DNA of 23,100 nucleotides from a virus (Duplodnaviria; Heunggongvirae; Uroviricota; Caudoviricetes): IMG/VR virus record IMGVR_UViG_2513237361_000003, positions 1 to 23,100 of that record; one strand, 5' to 3'. Shown piece by piece: positions 1 to 8,964 of this stretch (position 1 is its first letter; each line of letters starts with the position of its first letter). The notes under the pieces were generated by a model. It saw only the letters and a program-made list of their open reading frames with translations, ran no database searches and was not told where the DNA came from. The position numbers and the translations under genes were made by a program.

Positions 1-393
1 ATCGTCTGTCTGTCATGGGCGGTTAATCATTACCGTGATAACGCCACCGCCTACAAAGACCAGCGCGATAAAGCCACATCCATCATCGCTGATATGCAGA
101 AGCGTCAACGTGATGTAGCAGAACTCGACGCCAGATACACAAAGGAGCTTGCTGATGCTAACGCGACTATCGAAAGTCTCCGTGCTGATGTTTCTGCTGG
201 TCGTAAGCGCCTGCAAGTCGCCGCCACCTGTGCAAAGTCAACGACCGGAGCCGGCGGCATGGGCGATGGAGAAAGCCCAGGACTTACAGCAGATGCTGAA
301 CTCAATTATTACCGTCTCCGAAGTGGAATCGACAAGATAACCGCGCAGGTTAACTACCTGCAGGAATACATCAGGACGCAATGCCTGAAATGA
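1..393 (+). CDS. Rz: i-spanin Rz, 5'-truncated by the window edge
   Basis: Frame 1 is open from base 1 and translates [24 protein letters not shown]...[12 protein letters not shown]..., which matches my recollection of lambda Rz almost residue for residue at the N-terminal end. Stop at 391-393. Confidence 0.9.
   Translation: MVCLSWAVNHYRDNATAYKDQRDKATSIIADMQKRQRDVAELDARYTKELADANATIESLRADVSAGRKRLQVAATCAKSTTGAGGMGDGESPGLTADAELNYYRLRSGIDKITAQVNYLQEYIRTQCLK
149..340 (+). CDS. Rz1: o-spanin Rz1, outer-membrane lipoprotein embedded out of frame inside Rz
   Basis: ORF in the +1 frame relative to Rz. N-terminus has charged residues, a hydrophobic core and a lipobox-like VSAC, followed by a proline-rich mature region ([13 protein letters not shown]), as in lambda Rz1. 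Start codon choice is uncertain. Confidence 0.75.
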   Translation: MLMLTRLSKVSVLMFLLVVSACKSPPPVQSQRPEPAAWAMEKAQDLQQMLNSIITVSEVESTR

Positions 394-429
394 TCGGGCG
401 ATGAAAACCAAAAAAAACAGGAGCAATAC

Positions 430-705
430 ATGACTAAGCTTTATCACCGCATCTCAACTTTTCTCTCTGGTTGCTGGGCGTTTATCACGTCTATTTCGTT
501 CGCCATCTTTAGTTTCGGTAGCACAGCGTGCTCGCTTAGTCGGGGTCTGTGGCGTGCTATTTCAGCACTAGCGCCGAAATTTTTACCTGAAAAGGCTGTT
601 TGGCGAATTGTAGAGCGAATGTGTAGTGAGAGCGTTCGCGAGAAGATTAACGTATTTGGACGTCATCCTCGAAATACAGGCGCATTGTGCAGTCCGTTAC
701 TGTAG
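430..705 (+). CDS. hypothetical small protein with a hydrophobic N-terminal segment (accessory ORF)
   Basis: AGGAG at 419-423 sits 6 nt before the ATG at 430. Residues about 10-32 are hydrophobic (TFLSGCWAFITSISFAIFSFG). Stop TAG 703-705 is followed immediately by a stem-loop. No family recognised. Confidence 0.45.
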   Translation: MTKLYHRISTFLSGCWAFITSISFAIFSFGSTACSLSRGLWRAISALAPKFLPEKAVWRIVERMCSESVREKINVFGRHPRNTGALCSPLL

Positions 706-742
706 TCATTACAAAGCCCATCTACGGGTGGGCTTGATAATG
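703..742 (+). repeat. copy A of a duplicated post-ORF stem-loop element
   Basis: Stem AAGCCCA (714-720) pairs with TGGGCTT (729-735), loop 8 nt, then GATAATG. About 40 bp are homologous to 1562-1605, with the stem sequence changed but still fully paired. Confidence 0.55.
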
Positions 743-918
743 AAACCGGAATTTATTCTGGGTAACCAGTTACGGCAGTACAGCGATACAACCCAAGCCA
801 GTAAGTGGGGAAATAACACTGGCAGCCACTGAAAGATGAACCTCCTGCCTTATGGCAAAAAAGATTCTTTGTGGTGGCGGACTGATGGAAAGACATCCGC
901 TGAATCGATAACGAACAA

Positions 919-1107
919 GTGGAAGATGTTGCGATGGTTTCCGTAAACAAAGACCAGAAGGAAGGCGTTGAATACATCACTGGTGCTGATGGTGTGAAAA
1001 GGCCAATGGCTTATTACAAAGCGGCTGAAGAGAGGGCAAGAATGGAAAATATCCCTAAATGCGGCTCATTTTTCGACATGCTGAACCTTCAGCAATGGAA
1101 GTTGTGA
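919..1107 (+). CDS. hypothetical small protein (possible start GTG 919 or ATG 934)
   Basis: Open reading frame only. No convincing ribosome-binding site and no recognised family. A GGCGGCC-TTTTT stretch lies downstream. Confidence 0.3.
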   Translation: MEDVAMVSVNKDQKEGVEYITGADGVKRPMAYYKAAEERARMENIPKCGSFFDMLNLQQWKL

Positions 1108-1183
1108 ACAACTAACAGGTCGCTCAGGCGGCCTTTTTATCGCCATCACAAAAACATCTTTAACAACCAACAAGGTCATAATT

Positions 1184-1564
1184 ATGAACGGCCAGCAAAT
1201 CGAAAAAGAAATCGTTGAGAAAGGCAAAACAGCCCCGCGAATCACTCCTCAGCACATCGAAGACGTGATTAAAAGCGAGCATTACTTTACTGCTTATGAT
1301 GGACGTAATGGTGCCATTTCCAGCAACGAATATTGTGGCAGGGAAAAACCAGAAGAAGACGATCGTGATTTATCACCATTGAAGTTGCTCACTTTCTGCG
1401 TACTGGTGCTGAAGAATGGCTTCACCGTCACCGGAGAGAGTGCCTGTGCAAGCCCTGAAAACTTTGATGCAGAAATTGGTCGGAAGATTGCCCGGCAAAA
1501 TGCTGTAAACAAAATCTGGATGCTCGAAGGTTACTTGCTGAAGCAGAAGATAAGCGAACAGTAG
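1184..1564 (+). CDS. conserved phage protein of unknown function, possibly the N4-gp49 / Sf6-gene-66 family
   Basis: 126-aa ORF in the position P22-like phages use for small conserved ORFs between lysis and terminase genes. The family assignment is from memory and not verified. Stop TAG 1562-1564 is followed by the second copy of the stem-loop. Confidence 0.55.
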   Translation: MNGQQIEKEIVEKGKTAPRITPQHIEDVIKSEHYFTAYDGRNGAISSNEYCGREKPEEDDRDLSPLKLLTFCVLVLKNGFTVTGESACASPENFDAEIGRKIARQNAVNKIWMLEGYLLKQKISEQ

Positions 1565-1605
1565 TTATTACAAAAGCCATTCCCTACAGAGTGGCTTTGA
1601 TAATG
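1562..1605 (+). repeat. copy B of the duplicated post-ORF stem-loop element
   Basis: Stem AAAGCCA (1573-1579) pairs with TGGCTTT (1592-1598), loop 12 nt, then GATAATG (1599-1605). Flanks TAGTTATTACAAAAGCC...GATAATG parallel copy A. Confidence 0.55.
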
Positions 1606-1667
1606 GCTTATACCCTGCACGGGATAACTTAACTGATATCCCTTTTAACGGATAAACGTAGCCAATA

Positions 1668-1910
1668 ATGGCAGAGATTATTCCCATGACTGAAGAACAG
1701 AAATTCCAGCTAGAGATTTACAAACTGGTAATGAACCAGAACGCAGCCGCAGAAGAAGCATTTCAATTCATTGGCACTGACGAGCTGAAGCTTGAGCTAT
1801 TTAAAATTCACTTCCAGTCAGGCGGCGCTAATTCAGATGTCACGACCCGCACTATCGAAGCGGTGCGTAAATCGAAGGAAGCGTTAGACCTGTTCACTAC
1901 CGGAGCATAA
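1668..1910 (+). CDS. hypothetical small acidic protein
   Basis: 80-aa ORF in the same orientation as the late operon. Weak ribosome-binding site. No family recognised. Confidence 0.45.
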   Translation: MAEIIPMTEEQKFQLEIYKLVMNQNAAAEEAFQFIGTDELKLELFKIHFQSGGANSDVTTRTIEAVRKSKEALDLFTTGA

Positions 1911-1989
1911 ACATGGCAACTCAAGGTTTCGACAACCCATCCAAATTCCGCGATGAATGGGATAAGCAAGCAGAAGGGAAATAATCAAT

Positions 1990-2415
1990 ATGGCGACTGA
2001 GAAAAAGAATGTCGGTCGCCCTTCGGATTACCTGCCGGAGGTGGCTGATGATATCTGTGCGCTGCTTGCCTCCGGGGGAAGTCTGGTTAAGGTTTGCAAG
2101 CGCCCCGGCATGCCAGCAAAGGCTACTGTATTTCGCTGGCTGTCAGAGCATGACGAATTTAGAGACAAGTACGCGAAGGCAACTGAGGCACGAGCTGATT
2201 CTATTTTCGAAGAGATATTCGAAATTGCTGACAATGCGATTCCAGATGCTGCTGAGGTGGCAAAGGCAAGACTTCGCGTTGATACCCGCAAATGGGCGCT
2301 GGCCCGAATGAATCCCCGTAAGTATGGCGACAAGGTAACTAACGAGCTTGTCGGCAAAGACGGCGGCGCAATCCAGATTGAAACATCACCGATGAGCACT
2401 CTATTCGGAAAATGA
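1990..2415 (+). CDS. terminase small subunit, Sf6 gp1 type
   Basis: 141 aa. N-terminus MATEKKNVGRPSDYLPEVADD...KVCKRPGMP...VFRWL...FRDKYAKATEARADSIFEEIFEIADNA matches my recollection of the Sf6 small terminase (about 140 aa). Its stop overlaps the next gene start (ATGA). Confidence 0.9.
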   Translation: MATEKKNVGRPSDYLPEVADDICALLASGGSLVKVCKRPGMPAKATVFRWLSEHDEFRDKYAKATEARADSIFEEIFEIADNAIPDAAEVAKARLRVDTRKWALARMNPRKYGDKVTNELVGKDGGAIQIETSPMSTLFGK

Positions 2416-3827
2416 CCTCGATTAATCCTATCTTTGAACCGTTCATTGAGGCGCATCGCTACAAAGTCGCCAAAGGCGGTCGAGGTAGCGGTAAGTCATG
2501 GGCAATTGCGAGGCTGCTTGTTGAAGCGGCGCGTCGGCAGCCTGTGCGTATTCTCTGCGCTCGTGAACTGCAAAACAGTATCAGCGATTCGGTAATCCGG
2601 TTGCTTGAAGACACCATAGAGCGGGAAGGGTATTCGGCTGAGTTTGAAATTCAGCGTTCAATGATCCGTCATCTCGGAACGAATGCTGAATTCATGTTCT
2701 ACGGCATAAAAAACAACCCGACGAAGATTAAATCGCTAGAAGGCATTGATATCTGCTGGGTTGAAGAAGCGGAAGCGGTAACGAAGGAATCGTGGGATAT
2801 CCTGATTCCAACCATCCGTAAGCCGTTCTCTGAAATATGGGTAAGCTTCAACCCGAAAAACATACTCGACGATACCTATCAGCGGTTCGTCGTAAATCCT
2901 CCCGATGATATTTGCCTGCTGACGGTGAACTACACCGACAACCCGCACTTTCCTGAAGTTCTCCGTCTGGAGATGGAAGAGTGTAAGCGCAGAAACCCGA
3001 CACTGTATCGTCACATCTGGCTTGGTGAGCCAGTAAGCGCAAGTGATATGGCAATCATCAAACGTGAATGGCTTGAAGCCGCAACCGATGCGCACAAGAA
3101 ACTCGGATGGAAAGCGAAAGGCGCTGTTGTCTCTGCGCATGACCCATCAGATACAGGGCCAGATGCTAAAGGTTATGCATCGCGTCACGGTTCGGTAGTT
3201 AAGCGCATTGCCGAAGGTCTGCTGATGGACATCAACGAGGGTGCTGACTGGGCTACTTCGCTGGCGATTGAAGACGGTGCTGACCACTACTTGTGGGATG
3301 GTGATGGTGTCGGTGCAGGGCTACGCAGACAGACAACGGAAGCATTCTCCGGCAAGAAAATTACCGCCACGATGTTCAAGGGCAGCGAATCGCCATTCGA
3401 TGAAGATGCGCCTTATCAGGCCGGAGCATGGGCTGATGAAGTCGTGCAGGGAGACAACGTTCGCACTATTGGCGATGTTTTCCGCAATAAGCGAGCGCAA
3501 TTCTATTACGCACTGGCTGACAGGCTGTATCTGACATATCGTGCGGTTGTTCACGGTGAGTATGCAGACCCAGACGACATGCTGAGTTTCGACAAAGAAG
3601 CGATAGGCGAGAAGATGCTGGAGAAGCTGTTTGCAGAACTGACGCAGATTCAGCGCAAATTCAATAATAACGGGAAGCTGGAGCTTATGACTAAGGTCGA
3701 AATGAAGCAGAAGCTCGGTATTCCATCTCCTAACCTGGCTGATGCGCTGATGATGTGTATGCATTGCCCGGAGTCGGCTGCGCAACCCGACTATTCCAGT
3801 TACTCAATTCCTTGTGGTGTAGGTTGA
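2412..3827 (+). CDS. terminase large subunit (ATPase and nuclease)
   Basis: 471 aa. Walker A KGGRGSGKS near the N-terminus and Walker B-like DICWVEEAE. Translationally coupled to the small subunit gene. Confidence 0.95.
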   Translation: MTSINPIFEPFIEAHRYKVAKGGRGSGKSWAIARLLVEAARRQPVRILCARELQNSISDSVIRLLEDTIEREGYSAEFEIQRSMIRHLGTNAEFMFYGIKNNPTKIKSLEGIDICWVEEAEAVTKESWDILIPTIRKPFSEIWVSFNPKNILDDTYQRFVVNPPDDICLLTVNYTDNPHFPEVLRLEMEECKRRNPTLYRHIWLGEPVSASDMAIIKREWLEAATDAHKKLGWKAKGAVVSAHDPSDTGPDAKGYASRHGSVVKRIAEGLLMDINEGADWATSLAIEDGADHYLWDGDGVGAGLRRQTTEAFSGKKITATMFKGSESPFDEDAPYQAGAWADEVVQGDNVRTIGDVFRNKRAQFYYALADRLYLTYRAVVHGEYADPDDMLSFDKEAIGEKMLEKLFAELTQIQRKFNNNGKLELMTKVEMKQKLGIPSPNLADALMMCMHCPESAAQPDYSSYSIPCGVG

Positions 3828-3828
3828 T

Positions 3829-6027
3829 ATGGCAGAAAAAAAGATGACTGACTGGCATCGCAAGGTGCTGTGCAACTTTGATAATGCCTGGTCAGCAACG
3901 CAGGATATGCGTGAGCAGATTATTGAGGCTCAACGTTTCGTCCGGGTATCCGGCGCACAGTGGGAAGGCAGCACAAACGCTGGTTACTCATTTGATGAAG
4001 GCAGGTTTGAGCATTACCCGCGCTTTGAACTGAATAAGATTTCCCGTGAATGTGATCGCATCATTGGCGAGTATCGACAGAATCGCATCAGCGTTAAATT
4101 CAGACCGAAGGACGATAAGGCATCGGAAGCGTTAGCCGAAAAGATGAACGGCAAATTCCGCGCTGACTATCAGGAAACATCCGGTGGCGAAGCGTGTGAT
4201 AACGCATTTGATGATGCTGTAACGGGCGGATTCGGTTGTTTCCGCATGTGTGCTGATTACGAGGATGAAATGGATCCGAGTAACGAGCAGCGACGCATCA
4301 GCCTTCTTCCTGTTTACGACCCAGCGACATGCGTCTTCTTCGATCAGGACAGCAAGCAATATGACCGCTCTGATGCTATGTGGGCTATGGAAATGTTCTC
4401 CATGACGCCTAAAGCGTTCGAGGCTGAATACCCTGATTCCATTGCGGCAAGCCTTTCTCGTGATGACACTGGTACTCAGTATGACTGGTCAACGCCCGAT
4501 GCCATCTATGTTGGACGCTACTACGAAGTTCGCATAGAGAAGGTGAAGCTCACGGCGTGGCGCAATCCTGTCAGCGGAGAAACAGCAATCTATGATGAAG
4601 AGCAAATCAAAGATATTGTCGACGAGCTAACCGATGGCGCATTCGAACTGATTGGTGAGCGGACAGTGAAGAAACGCCGCGTTTATTGCGGTCTTCTGTC
4701 TGGCGCTGAATGGCTGGAAGAACCGAAGCGTATTCCGGGTGAACATATTCCTCTCATCCCGGTATATGGGCGTCGTTCATTTGTTGATAATCAGGAGCGA
4801 ATCGAAGGCCACGCAGCAAAAGCGATGGATGCACAGCGTCTTGAGAACCTGATGGTTTCCATGATTGCAGATAACGCTACTCAGGCTGGCGGTGATGGCA
4901 TTCCTATCGTGGATGTTGATTTCATTCCCGGTCCATTAATGAATCACTGGGCAGAGAGGAATAAGAAAAGACCTGCAGTTCTTCCCATGACCAGCAAGAA
5001 GGACAAAAACGGAACGGTCATTTCAGAGGCTCAGGTTGCTGGCTGGACACCTCCGACACAAATGCCTCCTGCTCTTGCCGGGCTATTGCAGTACACCGGA
5101 ACGGCTATTCAGCAAATTACAGGTGCGTCGCAGCTTGAGAACATGCCGAGCAACGTCGCCACCGATACCGTTGATAGCATTTTTAACCGGATGGACACGC
5201 AGTCCTATATCTACATGGACAACATGGCTAAATCCATGCGCCGCGCTGGCGTTGTGTGGCTTTCTATGGCGCGTGAGGTCTATGGCAGTGATACGCCGAT
5301 GCGTATCGTTAATGAGGACGGCAGCGATGACGTGGCGCTGATGACTGGTGAAGTGATTGACCGTCAGACAGGGCAGGTTATCGCGCTTAATGACCTTTCG
5401 CAGGGCAACTATGAAGTGACTGTCGATGTCGGTCAGTCGTTCGCTACTCGCCGTGATGCAACGGTTAAGTCGTTACTTTCCATGCTGGCACTTATCCCGC
5501 CAGGAACGCCGAAGCATGACCTTGTATCGTCGATGATTCTCGACAATATGGACGGCGAAGGGATGGACGACCTGAAAGAATACAACCGCAATCAGTTGCT
5601 TCTGTCTGGCGTTATCAAGCCGAGAACGCCTGAAGAACAGCAAATGGTTGAGCAGGCGAAACAACAACAGGCCAGTCAGCCAGATCCGGCTATGGTTGCT
5701 GCGCAAGGTCAGCTTCTTGCTGGTCAGGCTGAATTGCAGAAAGCGCAGAACGAGCAGGCAGCCATTCAGGTTAAAGCATTCCAGGCACAGACTGATGCTC
5801 AGGTTGCAGCGGCAAATGTTGTGAAAATCCTCGCATCTGCTGATAGCCAGCAGAAATCTGATATCCGCGAGGCTCTGAAACTGCTCGGACAGTTCCAGCA
5901 ACAGCAAGGAGACAATGCCCGTGCTGATGCAGAGCTTGTCCTGAAAAGTCAGGCACAGGGCCATGCGCAGCGCATGGACATCAGCAGCATCCTGCAAAAA
6001 TCAACTCAGCAACAACCACAGCAGTAA
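3829..6027 (+). CDS. portal protein
   Basis: 732 aa, immediately after the large terminase gene. Long Gln/Ala-rich helical C-terminal tail (QQMVEQAKQQQ...QQQPQQ) like the P22-type portal barrel. Confidence 0.9.
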   Translation: MAEKKMTDWHRKVLCNFDNAWSATQDMREQIIEAQRFVRVSGAQWEGSTNAGYSFDEGRFEHYPRFELNKISRECDRIIGEYRQNRISVKFRPKDDKASEALAEKMNGKFRADYQETSGGEACDNAFDDAVTGGFGCFRMCADYEDEMDPSNEQRRISLLPVYDPATCVFFDQDSKQYDRSDAMWAMEMFSMTPKAFEAEYPDSIAASLSRDDTGTQYDWSTPDAIYVGRYYEVRIEKVKLTAWRNPVSGETAIYDEEQIKDIVDELTDGAFELIGERTVKKRRVYCGLLSGAEWLEEPKRIPGEHIPLIPVYGRRSFVDNQERIEGHAAKAMDAQRLENLMVSMIADNATQAGGDGIPIVDVDFIPGPLMNHWAERNKKRPAVLPMTSKKDKNGTVISEAQVAGWTPPTQMPPALAGLLQYTGTAIQQITGASQLENMPSNVATDTVDSIFNRMDTQSYIYMDNMAKSMRRAGVVWLSMAREVYGSDTPMRIVNEDGSDDVALMTGEVIDRQTGQVIALNDLSQGNYEVTVDVGQSFATRRDATVKSLLSMLALIPPGTPKHDLVSSMILDNMDGEGMDDLKEYNRNQLLLSGVIKPRTPEEQQMVEQAKQQQASQPDPAMVAAQGQLLAGQAELQKAQNEQAAIQVKAFQAQTDAQVAAANVVKILASADSQQKSDIREALKLLGQFQQQQGDNARADAELVLKSQAQGHAQRMDISSILQKSTQQQPQQ

Positions 6028-6117
6028 TTAACCCATAACGTGCAATGGCTGTCTTTATGAGGCCTGGCACCCTATTGCCTTCCGATGGGCTGAACATCGA
6101 GTAAACAGGGGTAACAA

Positions 6118-7011
6118 ATGGACCAGATGGCAGAAAACACACCAGAAGTTGAAATCGAAACCGACGCGTCAGAGCAGATTCCTGATGATGTCGAACTGGC
6201 TGAAGAAGTCGAAACAGAAGATGGCAGTGAGTCATCCGGCAATGATGTAGAGGAAGCTACTGAAACTGATGACGACGAATCAGAACAGGAATTCTACTTT
6301 GGTGACGAAAAGCTGGATTCGCCAACCAGCGAAGATGGCGCAGAGCATGGACTGGTAAAACACCTGCGCAAGACGATTAAAGAGAAAGACCGTGAGCTGA
6401 AAGAGCTGATGCGTCAGTCTCAGAAACCCGTCGAGCAGCAGCCGGTAATCACTCAACCACCGCGAATGCCAAAACTGGATGATGAGGACATCGGTTTCGA
6501 TGAAGAAATCTACCAGCAACGCATGGCTAAGTGGGCAGAGGATAACGGCAAGTACCAGCAACAGGAGATGGCTCGCAAGCAGAAGGAGCAGGAGCTTCAG
6601 GCTGCCTATCAAGAGCGATTATCCAAATATCAGCAACGTGTTAAGGCTCTCAAAGTTCCTGGCTATCAGGAAGCTGAGCAGGCCGTACTCGAGGAAATCC
6701 CCATCGAGACACAAAACGCGATCTTGTTTGAGTCAGAGAAGCCGGAAATCGTTGTTCTGGCACTCGGTCGCAACGCTGAACTGCGCAAGCAACTGGCAGA
6801 AGCTACCAACCCCGTAGCAATTGGTCGTCTGCTGGAACGTATCGAATCGAAGGCCAGAATCATGCCAAAAGCAAAAACCACGGCAGCCACAACCCCGACA
6901 GTTAAGGGGAGCAACGGCGCAGTAATCAACAACCTCGACAAACTGAAAGCCAAGGCGCTGGAAACTGGTGACTGGACGCCGTATTTCGCCGCTAAAAAGG
7001 CAAAAAAATAA
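6118..7011 (+). CDS. scaffolding protein
   Basis: 297 aa between portal and coat genes. Very acidic N-terminal region, charged helical middle (KEKDRELKELMRQ) and basic C-terminus. Confidence 0.8.
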   Translation: MDQMAENTPEVEIETDASEQIPDDVELAEEVETEDGSESSGNDVEEATETDDDESEQEFYFGDEKLDSPTSEDGAEHGLVKHLRKTIKEKDRELKELMRQSQKPVEQQPVITQPPRMPKLDDEDIGFDEEIYQQRMAKWAEDNGKYQQQEMARKQKEQELQAAYQERLSKYQQRVKALKVPGYQEAEQAVLEEIPIETQNAILFESEKPEIVVLALGRNAELRKQLAEATNPVAIGRLLERIESKARIMPKAKTTAATTPTVKGSNGAVINNLDKLKAKALETGDWTPYFAAKKAKK

Positions 7012-7029
7012 CCTATCGGAGCATTAAGC

Positions 7030-8283
7030 ATGGCTAACCAATTAGCAAAAGACCTTGAAATCATGTTCGAAAACTACGTTGAAGGCTTTGAGGCCGCCTG
7101 CGTAGTTTCCCGTAACGCTAAAAAATTCCGTCCCGGTGATACAGCAATGCAGCGAGCAGGTGATGTTCTGTATCGTCCGCAGCATTACCACATGAACATT
7201 GAGGAAGGCCTAGACCTCAGCGGCAAAACGCCAACAGCACTGGTTCAGCGCCTTGTTCCTTCTGTGTTCAAGGAGCCGAAAAACATTCTGTACACTCTGG
7301 ATGCGCGTGAAATGCGTGACCCGGAACATAAAACTGAAGCTGGTCGCGCCGCAGGTATGCGCCTTGCTGCACAGATTGACTCTGACCTGATTTCCATGGT
7401 CACGCAGCGTGCTACTAACGTGATCACAATGGCTGACTCAACCACTGGTTCACAGGGCCGTGATTTGTGGAACTGTGCGGCAGGTATTGATGCCACCATG
7501 ACGGCGATTGGTGTACCACAGGGTATCAACCGCCGCTCTTTCTGGAACCCCTTCAACTACAAAGACCTTGCTGGCGAGCTTGGTCACCGTGCCTATGCTC
7601 AGGGCGCAACCCTGACAGCATACGAAAAAGCGCAGATCCCTCCGGTTGCGTCCTTCGATAGCTACAAGACCGATATTTCCGGTCGTGTTCCGAAGGGTAC
7701 AGCAACTTCCATTACGCTGGCAGCAGCACCTGCGCACAAGGTTGAAGCGAAAGATGCTAACGATATGCCAGTGGATAACCGACAGGGGACCATTACGGTA
7801 TCTGCTGAAGGTTTGCAGGTTGGCGATGCGTTCACCATTGCAGGCGTGAATTCTGTACACCAGATTACCAAAGATACCACCGGGCAGCCGCAGGTATTCC
7901 GCGTTCTGGCAGTAAGCGGAACGACAGTGACTATCTCCCCGAAAATTCTGCCGCCTGACAACGCAGATGTCGCCAGCCGTCCATATGCAAACGTTGATGC
8001 TAACGCGGCAAATGGTGCAGCAATCACCATTCTCAACAAAAATGCCGCACCGGCTAACCTGTTCTGGGCTGATGGTTCTGTTGAGCTGATGTACGGCAAA
8101 CTGGCGTTCCCGACTGGTCAGGGTCCACAGGTAATGACAGCAACCACCGAGCAGGGCGCTACGCTGATCATGTCTTACTCCTTCGACCACATCAAAGGCG
8201 TAACCACTGCTCGTTTCACCACTCTTTACGGTTGCTCTGTACTTGTTCCTGAATATACGGGCATCGTTATTGCCGGGCAGTAA
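7030..8283 (+). CDS. major capsid (coat) protein
   Basis: 417 aa, directly after the scaffold gene, followed by a terminator. Size and position fit P22-like coat proteins. Confidence 0.9.
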   Translation: MANQLAKDLEIMFENYVEGFEAACVVSRNAKKFRPGDTAMQRAGDVLYRPQHYHMNIEEGLDLSGKTPTALVQRLVPSVFKEPKNILYTLDAREMRDPEHKTEAGRAAGMRLAAQIDSDLISMVTQRATNVITMADSTTGSQGRDLWNCAAGIDATMTAIGVPQGINRRSFWNPFNYKDLAGELGHRAYAQGATLTAYEKAQIPPVASFDSYKTDISGRVPKGTATSITLAAAPAHKVEAKDANDMPVDNRQGTITVSAEGLQVGDAFTIAGVNSVHQITKDTTGQPQVFRVLAVSGTTVTISPKILPPDNADVASRPYANVDANAANGAAITILNKNAAPANLFWADGSVELMYGKLAFPTGQGPQVMTATTEQGATLIMSYSFDHIKGVTTARFTTLYGCSVLVPEYTGIVIAGQ

Positions 8284-8290
8284 TTTTGGT

Positions 8291-8311
8291 GGGGCTTCGG
8301 CCCCATTTTTA
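8291..8311 (+). terminator. intrinsic terminator after the coat gene
   Basis: GGGGC-TTCG-GCCCC hairpin (8291-8304) followed by ATTTTTA, 8 nt after the coat stop codon. Confidence 0.7.
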
Positions 8312-8324
8312 TTGGGAGAATACA

Positions 8325-8513
8325 ATGGCACGAACAATGCTCTATAAGCCTGGCAACATGATCATCTGTGGTCAGTTTGCTGTCGATTACATCATTGTTG
8401 ATGACGAAGAGGTTAAATCTCACCTGAAAAAAGGTTGGGTAAAAACTCCTGAAGAAACCGCAACGAAGCAAAAATTGGCTAAGGCGGAAGAAGATGGCGA
8501 AAACGAAGGGTGA
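8325..8513 (+). CDS. small hypothetical protein between coat and gp4-like genes
   Basis: GGGAGAA 6 nt before the ATG at 8325 (MARTMLYKPG...). 62 aa with an acidic C-terminus. Overlaps the next gene by 20 nt. Confidence 0.5.
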   Translation: MARTMLYKPGNMIICGQFAVDYIIVDDEEVKSHLKKGWVKTPEETATKQKLAKAEEDGENEG

Positions 8514-8955
8514 TCTCGTTCTAAAGGCTTTACGAAAAGCTGGGCTGTATTCCAATGCCACGTTGACAGATGCTGACCCTCAGGCAATTGAAGATGCCAT
8601 TAATGACCTCGAAGACATGATGGCAGCATGGCAGGCTAAAGGTATCGAGCTTGGGTATCAGTTTGCTGATACAGAAAACGGCATCATGCCGTTACCGGAC
8701 GATGATTCAGGTATCCCTGCATGGGCAAATGATGGCGTCGCTTTGAAACTCGCTGTGCAAGTGTGCATGGATAACGTCATTCAGCCGTCGGATGCTCTCC
8801 TGACCGCTGCTGACAGTGCATATCAGACAATCTGCATCGCTTTAACCAAAATACCACCACTTGAGCGGCGAAATGACATGCCTCGCGGTAGTGGTAACAA
8901 AAGCGCGTTTACGTGGAATCGGTTTTACATCGAGAAAGATGATCCGAGTACGTGA
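8494..8955 (+). CDS. tail accessory factor / head completion protein, P22 gp4-like
   Basis: 153 aa. N-terminus KTKGDLV...ATLTD...DLE.MMA.W resembles P22 gp4 as I recall it. Gene order is conserved. Confidence 0.8.
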   Translation: MAKTKGDLVLKALRKAGLYSNATLTDADPQAIEDAINDLEDMMAAWQAKGIELGYQFADTENGIMPLPDDDSGIPAWANDGVALKLAVQVCMDNVIQPSDALLTAADSAYQTICIALTKIPPLERRNDMPRGSGNKSAFTWNRFYIEKDDPST

Positions 8956-8964
8956 GGTGAATAA

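Noticed and set aside
626-832. 68-aa + strand ORF overlapping the end of ORF 430-705 and the stem-loop region
   Set aside because: Overlaps a better-supported ORF in another frame, spans the conserved hairpin, and has no ribosome-binding site.
1913-1984. 23-codon ORF (MATQGFDNPSKFRDEWDKQAEGK) with a GGAG ribosome-binding site just upstream of the small terminase gene
   Set aside because: Too short to support from sequence alone. May be a leader or coupling ORF, but this is not demonstrable without conservation or ribosome-profiling data.
5473-5997. 174-aa minus-strand ORF inside the portal gene (similar antisense ORFs at 2028-2456, 2736-3140, 3321-3785, 6666-7064 and 7662-8099)
   Set aside because: All are embedded antisense to confidently assigned structural genes, with low-complexity translations and no start signals.
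7450-8337. 295-aa ORF on the minus strand, antisense to the coat gene
   Set aside because: Lies entirely within the well-supported coat CDS, is Cys/Arg-rich with no ribosome-binding site. Typical antisense artefact in GC-biased coding DNA.
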